Position numbers and translations under genes: made by a program. The notes beneath the pieces are model-generated. The model was not told the DNA's origin and searched no databases. It was given only the letters and a program-made list of their open reading frames with translations. Shown here one piece after another: positions 42,121 to 49,928 of a stretch of DNA of 64,000 bases; the stretch's first letter is position 1; each line of letters starts with the position of its first letter. Source of the DNA: Clostridia bacterium (lineage in GTDB: Bacteria; Bacillota; Clostridia; Christensenellales; UBA1242); NCBI GenBank assembly GCA_017537515.1, contig JAFYKO010000122.1:3866-67865 (forward strand). The letters are read 5' to 3'.

Positions 42121-42300
42121 TAATAAGAATTACCTACAAGTATTGGCAGGGAAATTGCCCTCCCTTTGACAACAGAATATAATAAAAATTTTGTGCGATT
42201 TTGAAAAAGTTTTGAATAAAATGTCAAAAAATGTCAAATATAACAAATTACCTAGTTATAAGCTGTAGGTAATTTGTTATATAAATTAGGTAATCTATTA
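42121..42300 (-). promoter_or_regulatory. late-type regulatory region: four TAGGTAAT boxes and a perfect 17-bp inverted repeat carrying back-to-back -10 elements
   Basis: Boxes at 42128..42136, 42246..42254 (plus-strand sense AATTACCTA), 42266..42274 and 42287..42294 (TAGGTAAT). IR arms 42238..42254 / 42266..42282 with an 11-nt spacer. No TTGACA at -35. Confidence 0.55.
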
Positions 42301-42330
42301 TATTTAATTTATACGAAAGAAAATGGGCAT

Positions 42331-42359
42331 ACAAAAAGTGCCCCGAACAATCGGGGCAC
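42331..42359 (-). terminator. rho-independent terminator
   Basis: 9-bp stem gtgccccga / tcggggcac (42338..42359), loop acaa, followed on the minus strand by TTTTTGT. Confidence 0.8.
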
Positions 42360-42385
42360 CTTGATGATTTCGTCGTAGGATTTCT

Positions 42386-42745
42386 TTAAGCAACGACTTC
42401 GTTATAAATCTTCCTGGCGTATTCTTCGGCTTCGGCTGCACCGAACGGGGAGCCGTCCACGGGACTGCCCGAAAGACCTGCAAGGATTTCGTCAACCCAT
42501 TCGTCTTCGTTCTGTGCTGCGGTAGGACCATCAGCATAACTACGAATATACCACTTACCACACATTTCAGCCACGGCTTCGTCTTCAATGGTAAATTCTT
42601 CGGTATGACTCATAATTTCGGCACACAGGCTTTCAATGGCTACGGGTGCGTCATACGGCAGGTCATCCAACAAACCTTCGCACTTATTGGACTTATTCGC
42701 AGCAAGACTTTCTTTTTTCTTCTGCATAGAGCATTTGTATGTCAT
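42386..42745 (-). CDS. putative head core protein with MTYKCSMQKKKESL N-terminus (119 aa)
   Basis: N-terminal 14 aa are identical to the neighbour 42770..43459. Lies between protease and scaffold. Confidence 0.6.
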   Translation of the reverse strand: MTYKCSMQKKKESLAANKSNKCEGLLDDLPYDAPVAIESLCAEIMSHTEEFTIEDEAVAEMCGKWYIRSYADGPTAAQNEDEWVDEILAGLSGSPVDGSPFGAAEAEEYARKIYNEVVA

Positions 42746-42769
42746 AGTGTTACCTTTCCTTTTGCAGAC

Positions 42770-43459
42770 TTAATCTGCTTTAACTTCAATGGTCTTGTCG
42801 CCCTGGCTAAACGAATAGTTGGCGAATGCTTCTTCAACAGCCTTAATGAACTTGTCCGCATTTTCCTGCGTAAGTTGTCGGTAGTCCAAATACATTTGAA
42901 CACTCAAATAATTCCCGATAGTTTCACCACCGTCATATTCACGACCGATAGAAGCAGACAGGGTATAAGCAACACCACGCATAGACCGCTCATACATTTC
43001 TATGGCTGCGACACCCCAAAGGTTCATATCCCCCAAGAAACCCATCAAGTATTCCGTGTAATCGTCATACCCGTCGGAATCCTTTTCGGGAACTTCCCCG
43101 TGGTCCGAAGCATACGCCATATCCGCAGCGTCAATAGCCTTTTCAATTTCATAACCCAACTGACTATCGTGGAAACCCGAACTTTCAAAGAAACCCAAGT
43201 TTCCTACAAAATCTTTCTGCAAGCCTGCCTTGAAACTATCACGGGGCGAACCATCGCTGTAAGTGTTATAAAGCACTTCAACGTCGTGGGCTTCCCACCC
43301 ATCGCCACCCTGCGTGTCGTTCATATCATAGTCTTCAAGAATTTCACGGGCACGGGGTTCAATGAACTTGCTGTAAAATTCTCCTGCCACTACGGGAGCA
43401 GACTCAACCTTTTTGTTAAGACTTTCTTTCTTCTTTTGCATAGAACACTTGTAAGTCAT
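42770..43459 (-). CDS. putative head core protein with MTYKCSMQKKKESL N-terminus (229 aa)
   Basis: Shares its N-terminal peptide with 42386..42745. The same CSMQKKKESL occurs internally in 48610..49569. Confidence 0.6.
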   Translation of the reverse strand: MTYKCSMQKKKESLNKKVESAPVVAGEFYSKFIEPRAREILEDYDMNDTQGGDGWEAHDVEVLYNTYSDGSPRDSFKAGLQKDFVGNLGFFESSGFHDSQLGYEIEKAIDAADMAYASDHGEVPEKDSDGYDDYTEYLMGFLGDMNLWGVAAIEMYERSMRGVAYTLSASIGREYDGGETIGNYLSVQMYLDYRQLTQENADKFIKAVEEAFANYSFSQGDKTIEVKAD

Positions 43460-43501
43460 AGTGCTTCTCCATTATACTCTTGCAAGTATAGCCATTTAAG
43501 T

Positions 43502-44119
43502 TTACGCCTTGTATTTGTTATACATTTCTTCCACCAACTTCAAGGCTTCGTCTGCGGACTGCGTGTCCTTGATTTCGCTGCCGTTAGCAGCCTCGGCAAC
43601 GACGAAACCGAAAGCACCGACCATACAACTAACTTCCCCGTCTTCGGTATAGGCATTGTCAATTCCACCAGGAACGTCGCCCATATCGTTAATATCGCCC
43701 AGGTAATAGCCTAGTTCAAATTCCTTGCCCTTTGTAACGTCCACAATCTGCTTGGCGTAAGCGTCACGCAGGGCACCCACGTCAATGTAGCCGACAAGTT
43801 CCAGGGCTTCGGGCAGAACAGCCTTTTTGTATTCGTCAGCCATAATAGACTTGACCTTTTCGGCACCAGGATTGTCCTTGAAAGCGACCATAAGGTAATT
43901 GTCGCTCACGGTGGCTTCGTCAACGTCCCAGGACATATCTTCTACATCCCAGGCTGCGTCGGGTTCAACATCTTCCTTACCCTTGAACACAGCAAGTCCG
44001 TTAGCCCTGTAAAGCGACGGAAGTTCGTATTCAATGTCGGATTTCAACGTGGCGGGCAGAAACACAAGACCCTGTGCTTCTGCCTGTCGGCTTTCGTGAA
44101 GATTTATTCGGAGTGCCAT
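43502..44119 (-). CDS. putative head core protein with N-terminal targeting-type peptide (205 aa)
   Basis: MALRINLHESRQAEAQG. Confidence 0.6.
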   Translation of the reverse strand: MALRINLHESRQAEAQGLVFLPATLKSDIEYELPSLYRANGLAVFKGKEDVEPDAAWDVEDMSWDVDEATVSDNYLMVAFKDNPGAEKVKSIMADEYKKAVLPEALELVGYIDVGALRDAYAKQIVDVTKGKEFELGYYLGDINDMGDVPGGIDNAYTEDGEVSCMVGAFGFVVAEAANGSEIKDTQSADEALKLVEEMYNKYKA

Positions 44120-44121
44120 AA

Positions 44122-44418
44122 TTAGTCCCTGTAAAATACCAAACCGTCAGTGCCACCCTTCTTGTCAAGGGCTTCCATAGTGCCACGGAAGTAGCAGGCA
44201 GCGTGGTAAATCGTGGTGGTTTCTTCGTCAAGCAATTTGTTGTCAGCGTCGTAAAGAGCAACCCTGAACCTGCGGTTTCCTTCATCGGTAATAACCACGC
44301 AGCGGTCATCCTTACTAACGTGCCAATCAAGAGCATTGTTAATGTTCAAGTCACCCAGGCGAACGTCCTGGGCTTCGGACTTCTTTTCTTCGTGGACACA
44401 AATTTTCATTTTAGCCAT
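44122..44418 (-). CDS. putative head core protein with N-terminal targeting-type peptide (98 aa)
   Basis: MAKMKICVHEEKKSEAQD. Directly downstream of the protease. Confidence 0.6.
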   Translation of the reverse strand: MAKMKICVHEEKKSEAQDVRLGDLNINNALDWHVSKDDRCVVITDEGNRRFRVALYDADNKLLDEETTTIYHAACYFRGTMEALDKKGGTDGLVFYRD

Positions 44419-44430
44419 AGTGAGCCATCC

Positions 44431-45474
44431 TTAACGTTTGCTGCCGAGAATATAACCAATCAAGGACCCGTCGTTATCTTCGGCTTCACGGGCTGGTGCC
44501 TTTGCTTCCAAGACCTTAAAGGTCTGCGTTTCGGGCTGCTCACGTTCAATCGCTTCGTAAGTAGCACCTGCACGACGACGTTCGGTCACGTAGGCTTCGT
44601 TCAATCCATTCTTGTTAGCGAACTTCAAGTCACGGATAGTGTCTGCGGACTGCTTCACTTCTTCCTGCAAGCCTTCCACGAACTTCACGATAGACTGCTT
44701 AATGTCTTCGTTCACTTCGGTAAAGTCTTCAAACTTGTAAGTGTCGCCCGTGCCCTTGTCACAATCTGTCATTTCAACAGTATTGTTTTCCAGGCTTTCC
44801 ACAATATAGGTGCTGCCGTCAAGTTCAACAGGTGCCCCAAGTTCCTTTGCAAGAGAAAGCAGGGATTCTGCGACACGTTCCTTAACGGCTTCTTCAACCT
44901 TTTCGTTCTGCTTGCTTTCGGAAATCATCTTCGGCTTTGCGTCCAGGAACCCAGGGTCCTGCACAAAGTCAAAGCGTTCAAGTTTGTAGGTCTTCGGGTC
45001 AAGAATGTCGTTGCCGTCTTCGTCCTTGCCTTCGTAGTCGCCATCGGCACGGGAACTGACAAACATAGTAGTACCCGCACGAAGAATGGTGTAAAGCGTC
45101 TTGCCCATATCCGTATTGTAGATAACAGATTCAGCGATACCCGTCTTCCAATCAATGTTGCGGGTAATGTGGCTAAACTTGCCGTCGGCAATATCTTCGT
45201 CGGTAATTTCGGCTTCGTGACCGATACGACCGAACATTTGTCCGTTGGTCAACTTACGCTGCACGTCTTCGTCCTTGCCTGCTTCTTCCCAAAGTTCGGG
45301 AGTGTAAAGACGGTGGTTACGGCTTACCTTGCCAGGGCAGAAATGCTGACCCTTGACAATGGCGAGAATGGTGCCACCACTTTTAGCAACTTCGGATTGT
45401 GCGGATTCGTCAACACGGGAAATGTCGTCAATGAACTCACACTTAAACGGAATATAATCTTCTGCAATCTGCAT
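44431..45474 (-). CDS. prohead maturation protease, T4 gp21 family (347 aa)
   Basis: Collinear with T4 gp21 as I recall it: SRNHRLYTPELWEEA (gp21 NRNKRLYPKRILEKA), FGRIGHE (LGELNHP), ILRAGTTMFVSSRADG (IRAGWIPGVSSRGLG), FDFVQDPGF (VDAVWGPSA). Confidence 0.85.
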   Translation of the reverse strand: MQIAEDYIPFKCEFIDDISRVDESAQSEVAKSGGTILAIVKGQHFCPGKVSRNHRLYTPELWEEAGKDEDVQRKLTNGQMFGRIGHEAEITDEDIADGKFSHITRNIDWKTGIAESVIYNTDMGKTLYTILRAGTTMFVSSRADGDYEGKDEDGNDILDPKTYKLERFDFVQDPGFLDAKPKMISESKQNEKVEEAVKERVAESLLSLAKELGAPVELDGSTYIVESLENNTVEMTDCDKGTGDTYKFEDFTEVNEDIKQSIVKFVEGLQEEVKQSADTIRDLKFANKNGLNEAYVTERRRAGATYEAIEREQPETQTFKVLEAKAPAREAEDNDGSLIGYILGSKR

Positions 45475-45501
45475 AGTGTTTTTGCCTCGGTTGGTTTAAG
45501 T

Positions 45502-46173
45502 TTAACGCTTGTTAGACGGACGGACGGTGGCGGTCGGGACTGCTCCAAGCGACGCAGCGGACGCACCCCCGCAATCTTCTTTCAACGACTTGTGGAAGTC
45601 ATCGCTAGAATAGAACTTGCGGACAATGCCCGTGTTGCCGTCGTCATAAGCCATACGGAACACGTCTGCGATATACGGCTCAACAATGTCATAAGCGTAG
45701 TCAAACACAGCGTCGCTAACGTCGCCCTTGATAACGTTAAAAGTCGGCTCGCCCATCGCACTTTGATAAATGCTCATAAAGAGCAGGTCGGACAACTTGT
45801 CCCCGTCGCCCTTGAAATAGATTTCGTAGTTGTCATTACCAATCGGGACAACCTTGAAGAACTTCGTTTCAGCACGGTCGTCAAATTCAGCAAGCAACTT
45901 GCGAACTACGTCCTTGAAATCGTCCCATTCTTCCTTGCCGTCGGCATAGCGGTTCGGGTCTTTCTTGTCGGCAGACCCGTAAAAGATACCTTCCGAAACT
46001 TTTACAGCGGAACGGATAGGGGCGGTCACGTTCACAAGGTCGCCCAAGTCCCCGTAAGTGCGGGGAATGAGTTCTTCATAGCGAGCCTGGGCAGCATCCT
46101 GGCTAGTGAACAATTCAACTTTCTTCTTACCAAAAACGTCTGTATAACTGATAGACCAATTAGCCATATCCAA
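45502..46173 (-). CDS. hypothetical head-module protein (223 aa)
   Basis: ORF track. Confidence 0.6.
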   Translation of the reverse strand: MDMANWSISYTDVFGKKKVELFTSQDAAQARYEELIPRTYGDLGDLVNVTAPIRSAVKVSEGIFYGSADKKDPNRYADGKEEWDDFKDVVRKLLAEFDDRAETKFFKVVPIGNDNYEIYFKGDGDKLSDLLFMSIYQSAMGEPTFNVIKGDVSDAVFDYAYDIVEPYIADVFRMAYDDGNTGIVRKFYSSDDFHKSLKEDCGGASAASLGAVPTATVRPSNKR

Positions 46174-46187
46174 GAACCCCTTTGCAA

Positions 46188-46814
46188 TTAGTAAATGGTG
46201 TCAATCTTGCCGTCTTTAATGTAAATGCCGTGTTCGTCGGATTCAGCACCATCGCTATCACACCAATAAACTTCAAGGTCGCCCGCAGTAATAACAGCAG
46301 GAACGGCTTCAAGTTCCTTAATGATAGAATCCAGGTCATAGTCGCAATTCCACGCAGTATTGGACGGGTCATACCCATCAGTGGTATCGTAGCCATTACG
46401 AATGTCATAGCCGTTAGACGGGGGAAATTCCTTGTTCGTCGGGTCGGTTTCAACGTTGTCCTTGAGTTTGTTCCAGGCATCTTCAAGTTCTACATAGGTG
46501 AAGTTCTGCTTACCCACCTTGTCGTTGCCGTTGGCTTCGGAACGCTTCTTACAGCTTTCGTCGCTGTCACGGATAATTTCGCCCTTTTCTTCGTCATACT
46601 GCAAGCCGATGGCTTCGCAGACAGTGGCGAAATCAAACCAAAACATATCGTTGATTTCGGTTGCAGTCGGGAGGTTCCCGTCACCCGTATTAAAGTATTC
46701 GGGCAGGACCTCATCCAATTCCTGCAATTCGCTGTATTCTAAAAGTTTGGCGTTGTCAGCAGCACCACTCCAAAACTTGAAGTTGGTTAAGGATTCGTCA
46801 ACGACATACTGCAT
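46188..46814 (-). CDS. hypothetical acidic head-module protein (208 aa)
   Basis: ORF track. AGGAG SD. Contains a degenerate linker, ESCKKRSEA. Confidence 0.6.
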   Translation of the reverse strand: MQYVVDESLTNFKFWSGAADNAKLLEYSELQELDEVLPEYFNTGDGNLPTATEINDMFWFDFATVCEAIGLQYDEEKGEIIRDSDESCKKRSEANGNDKVGKQNFTYVELEDAWNKLKDNVETDPTNKEFPPSNGYDIRNGYDTTDGYDPSNTAWNCDYDLDSIIKELEAVPAVITAGDLEVYWCDSDGAESDEHGIYIKDGKIDTIY

Positions 46815-46860
46815 AAATAAACTCCTAGTTTAATTTTTACGTTCTTAAAAATAACAACAA

Positions 46861-46887
46861 ATTCCCCCGTCGTGCAACAGGGGAACA
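46861..46887 (-). terminator. hairpin plus U-rich tract (probable terminator or attenuator)
   Basis: ttcccc / ggggaa stem extended by G-U and 2 further bp, followed on the minus strand by TTTGTTGTTATTTTT. Confidence 0.5.
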
Positions 46888-46921
46888 CGCAAAATGAGCA
46901 TTACTTCGGGCACAACCATAG

Positions 46922-46940
46922 TATATAACAAATTACCTAC
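46922..46940 (-). promoter_or_regulatory. isolated half-site of the promoter box (TAGGTAATTTGTTATATA), no -35
   Basis: Plus strand reads tatataacaaattacctac. Overlaps the stop of 46940..47716. Confidence 0.35.
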
Positions 46941-47716
46941 TAGGGCTTCTCAACTTCAACGTAAGCGTCCTTGGGGACGATTACCTTTGTGCCGTCCTTT
47001 GCGACATATTCTTTCCATTCGGGCTGTCCGTTGAAATCCATAGAAGCGAGAGGAATGCCACGCTTGTTATACAGGTCAACGACAACGGAACGCAACGGGG
47101 CTGTCTTCCAATCGGCAAATTCGCTCACGAACTGCAACAGGAAACGGACGTTCCAACTATACGAAAACAGGTCGCCCTGTCGGAACGAAATAGGTTCCTC
47201 GGTCCCAAGGTCCTGGATAATCGTTGCGTTCAAGCCTGCCGTATCATAACCGCCCTCTGCTGTGCTTGTGCGGGTTTCATAGGCGAACTTCAAGTTAATC
47301 GGGACGTTATGGACGTTTTGATATTCCGCTGCGAACGCTTCTGCGAAATCTTCAATCATTTCCATTTTGTTAGACACCAGGACGCAACCCATACCAAATT
47401 CAGCCGAAACGGTCTTCTTGAACTTCAACCGCCCGTCGGGTGCCACTCCGTCTTGCAGGCGTATGGAACGACGGACAATGTTCTTCAAGGAATCCCTGGT
47501 CCAAAACAGGTAGGAATACGGGGCTTCACGGACATTCTCACGGTTGGTTTCGGACTTGCGTTCCATTTTCTTGTCGGCTAGGTCCTGGTCCAAGATACGC
47601 TGCGGACCCTCTGCGTCCGAACCATAGCAGACTTTCATAGTGCCGTCAAAACCCTGCCTGGTAAAGAAACCACGCATTTGAGCGAAATAGGCTTGTATGG
47701 CGATAGATTGCATCAT
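46940..47716 (-). CDS. hypothetical structural-module protein (258 aa)
   Basis: ORF track. Confidence 0.6.
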   Translation of the reverse strand: MMQSIAIQAYFAQMRGFFTRQGFDGTMKVCYGSDAEGPQRILDQDLADKKMERKSETNRENVREAPYSYLFWTRDSLKNIVRRSIRLQDGVAPDGRLKFKKTVSAEFGMGCVLVSNKMEMIEDFAEAFAAEYQNVHNVPINLKFAYETRTSTAEGGYDTAGLNATIIQDLGTEEPISFRQGDLFSYSWNVRFLLQFVSEFADWKTAPLRSVVVDLYNKRGIPLASMDFNGQPEWKEYVAKDGTKVIVPKDAYVEVEKP

Positions 47717-47729
47717 AGGCGATTAACCC

Positions 47730-48050
47730 CTAGTCTTCTGCGATTTCGCCATCAATAAGAGTGCTATACGACGCAACGTCAGCGATAAACTGATTTACTT
47801 CGTCACGGGAATACAATTTAGTTTGGCAATCCGTTTCTTTCTTGCCGTCGGGGTGCTTAACAAAGCATACGACCCTATACTTCTGCGTAGCATTGTCGTA
47901 TTCGGGCATTAAAGAATACGTTGCGTGGTCCTTACCGAACAAGTGCGGGAACTGCATAAACGAATTACCCATTCGCATATACAATTCGTCAAAGGTCAAG
48001 TTCATTCGGTGGTTGTCAAAATCATAGCGGTCAGTGTGGGCTGAAACCAT
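47730..48050 (-). CDS. hypothetical protein (106 aa)
   Basis: ORF track. Confidence 0.55.
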   Translation of the reverse strand: MVSAHTDRYDFDNHRMNLTFDELYMRMGNSFMQFPHLFGKDHATYSLMPEYDNATQKYRVVCFVKHPDGKKETDCQTKLYSRDEVNQFIADVASYSTLIDGEIAED

Positions 48051-48060
48051 ATAAACCTCG

Positions 48061-48597
48061 CTAGAATAAAGTTTTCTGCTGCGTCGGGACGTGCATACCC
48101 ATAAGCGGACAGGCTGTATTACAATTCAACCCAAGACCCATTCCGTCGCCTATCATAATCATATCGCCCGTAAGCGACAGGACACCCTTTGTTTCCACGG
48201 TCGTGCCTGCGGGTGTGTGTTCAACACGGAACCCGTCGTCGCCACCCTTGAACTCAAACGTGGTGCCGTCCTTACGACCCTTTGCGATATTCTTGCCGAA
48301 TCGGAAATAAAATTCTTCTTCGGTGTTCGTTTCGGCTAGTTCCTTGACTAAACCCAGGATATAGGCTTCGCACAGGGAACGGACTTCAACTATAACTTCG
48401 TCGTCAACTTCGTAAGAATATGACAGGGAAAGCAGCGGTTTCGCCCAAAAGTCCAAGTGGACTTCTTCCTTGGCGTTCATTGTGCATTGGACCTTGTAGA
48501 ACGGTCCAATTTCAAGAATCTTGCACCGCAAGGTGTAAGTCCTTGGGCTTAACGCCCGACGTAACGCTGCTGTTCCCAAGTCAAAGTTGTAAGCCAT
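48061..48597 (-). CDS. possible gpV/gp5-type OB-fold spike-like protein (178 aa)
   Basis: YEVDDEVIVEVRSLCEAYILGLV resembles the P.vGd.V.V.f..gd...p.IlG block of baseplate-V/Vgr OB folds. Ends with CPLMGMHVPTQQ. Weak recognition by eye only. Confidence 0.35.
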   Translation of the reverse strand: MAYNFDLGTAALRRALSPRTYTLRCKILEIGPFYKVQCTMNAKEEVHLDFWAKPLLSLSYSYEVDDEVIVEVRSLCEAYILGLVKELAETNTEEEFYFRFGKNIAKGRKDGTTFEFKGGDDGFRVEHTPAGTTVETKGVLSLTGDMIMIGDGMGLGLNCNTACPLMGMHVPTQQKTLF

Positions 48598-48609
48598 TAA
48601 CGAACCCGA

Positions 48610-49569
48610 TTATCCCTTGGGGAAGTTAGCCACAATGTCGTCAAGGACATTAAGAGCGTTGTCAAGTTGGTAGCCTACGGAGCAATCGGCATCGGACACA
48701 AGACCGCTACCCTCAATGGAAGCATAGTTGCCACGCAGATATGCACGAACTTTACGCATTGCGTCTTCCACGTCCTTCGGGAGCGAAACATCGGATTCGT
48801 TCTTCTTTGCGAGCAGGCTTTCCTTCTTCTTCTGCATAGAGCAGACGTGCTTCTTGGATTCATTCGGGGCATACAGGGCTTTCAAGATACGGGTAATTTC
48901 ATTATCCAACGGTGTGTGCTTAATGCCCTCAATGTTTTCCAACCAATCACGATACGGTCTGTCGGGTTCGCTATCACTTTCGGGATGGAACTCCATATAG
49001 TAGCCAACAATTTCATCGGCTTCTTTCTGCTTAAACGGACCGTCTGTCTTAATATCGGAAAAATAGTCAGCCCAATCTTCTTCGCTCTTACCATCTTCAA
49101 TAGCAAGTTGGCAGCATTCCTTGTAGGCTGCGTCAAACATATCCTGGTAATACTTCTTGTCCTTGACTTCGGCTGCTTCGGACTTCTTGGATTCACCCTT
49201 CTTCAAAACCTTGTCAATAAGCGGAAGCGGGTCAAATTCGCCAACTTCTCCCTCAACCTTATTAAGCAAGTTTGCGTCATCGTCATAACAATGGCATTCA
49301 AGCCAGGACTTCCCATCACCCAGGTCAGTATTAAGGACAAGCACGATTTCCGTGCCAGGATTCTTACCCTCAATATCGTCAAGAATGACCGACCATTCGT
49401 TAAAGTCGTCACTACGGCTGTCATTGAAACCGTTACCGACGGAACACTTGTCACCAACCACAGCACTGACGGCTTTGGTAAATTCGGGGGCAATGTCGTC
49501 ATACTTACGGGCAAGGTCATTGCCAACGACCTTGCCATACTTCTGTGCAAACTGCTGAATAGCGTTCAT
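48610..49569 (-). CDS. head-module polyprotein with ESKKSE and CSMQKKKESL linkers (319 aa)
   Basis: KKGESKKSE/AAE and PNESKKHVCSMQKKKESLLAKKNESD separate three segments. Confidence 0.65.
   Translation of the reverse strand: MNAIQQFAQKYGKVVGNDLARKYDDIAPEFTKAVSAVVGDKCSVGNGFNDSRSDDFNEWSVILDDIEGKNPGTEIVLVLNTDLGDGKSWLECHCYDDDANLLNKVEGEVGEFDPLPLIDKVLKKGESKKSEAAEVKDKKYYQDMFDAAYKECCQLAIEDGKSEEDWADYFSDIKTDGPFKQKEADEIVGYYMEFHPESDSEPDRPYRDWLENIEGIKHTPLDNEITRILKALYAPNESKKHVCSMQKKKESLLAKKNESDVSLPKDVEDAMRKVRAYLRGNYASIEGSGLVSDADCSVGYQLDNALNVLDDIVANFPKG
49177..49194 (-). repeat. 18-mer GAATCCAAGAAGTCCGAA (ESKKSE), perfect copy
   Basis: See 36067..36084. Confidence 0.9.
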
Positions 49570-49676
49570 AAGGAAAATCCTCGTTTTGAAAGTTTAACAC
49601 CCTAAATATACATTATTCCCTGCAATCTGCACCCAGGCAGGTCACGTTTATGGGCTTATAGGGCAGTCCCCAGGCA

Positions 49677-49826
49677 TTAGCCAATTTCAGTGATATTCTC
49701 AATGTCGTAGATACCGTCAATGGTATCAAGGGCTTCGCAGCGAACTTCGTCAATGTCGTTGCATTCCACGACTGCGGAGCAGTGACCGCCAAATTCGTTA
49801 ATGTATTCTACCTTGAACTTCTTCAT
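49677..49826 (-). CDS. small hypothetical protein (49 aa)
   Basis: My own translation: MKKFKVEYINEFGGHCSAVVECNDIDEVRCEALDTIDGIYDIENITEIG. First ORF after promoter 49872..49928. AACCGAGGATAGCCCA-ATG. Confidence 0.5.
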   Translation of the reverse strand: MKKFKVEYINEFGGHCSAVVECNDIDEVRCEALDTIDGIYDIENITEIG

Positions 49827-49871
49827 TGGGCTATCCTCGGTTTGGAGTGGTTATTTTCTCTTTACGTCATA

Positions 49872-49928
49872 AATATAACAAATTACCTATTGATTGTCAA
49901 CAGGTTTTGTTAAAATTTTTGAAAAAAA
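49872..49928 (-). promoter_or_regulatory. sigma70-type phage promoter (family member)
   Basis: -10 49872..49877, -35 49895..49900, 17-nt spacer, A/T UP tract. Confidence 0.75.

Noticed and set aside
39972-42182. 736-aa plus-strand ORF, with similar long plus-strand ORFs at 44203..46191 (662 aa), 25802..27304 (500 aa), 55567..57216 (549 aa), 30954..32282, 35578..36714, 42605..43714 and 48667..49605
   Set aside because: All of them lie exactly antisense to minus-strand genes with recognisable products (capsid, protease, sheath and others). Their translations are low-complexity (V/F/N/G/R-rich) with no SD or promoter. They are shadow ORFs created by codon bias of the real genes.
42304-42588. 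94-aa minus-strand ORF spanning the terminator at 42331..42359
   Set aside because: It overlaps gene 42386..42745 out of frame and runs through a terminator hairpin. It has no SD.
32109-49194. The recurring 18-mer as a CRISPR array or other non-coding repeat
   Set aside because: Spacing is irregular (130 bp to several kb). Every copy is in frame within a long ORF and encodes the same peptide. No cas-type leader or uniform spacers are present.
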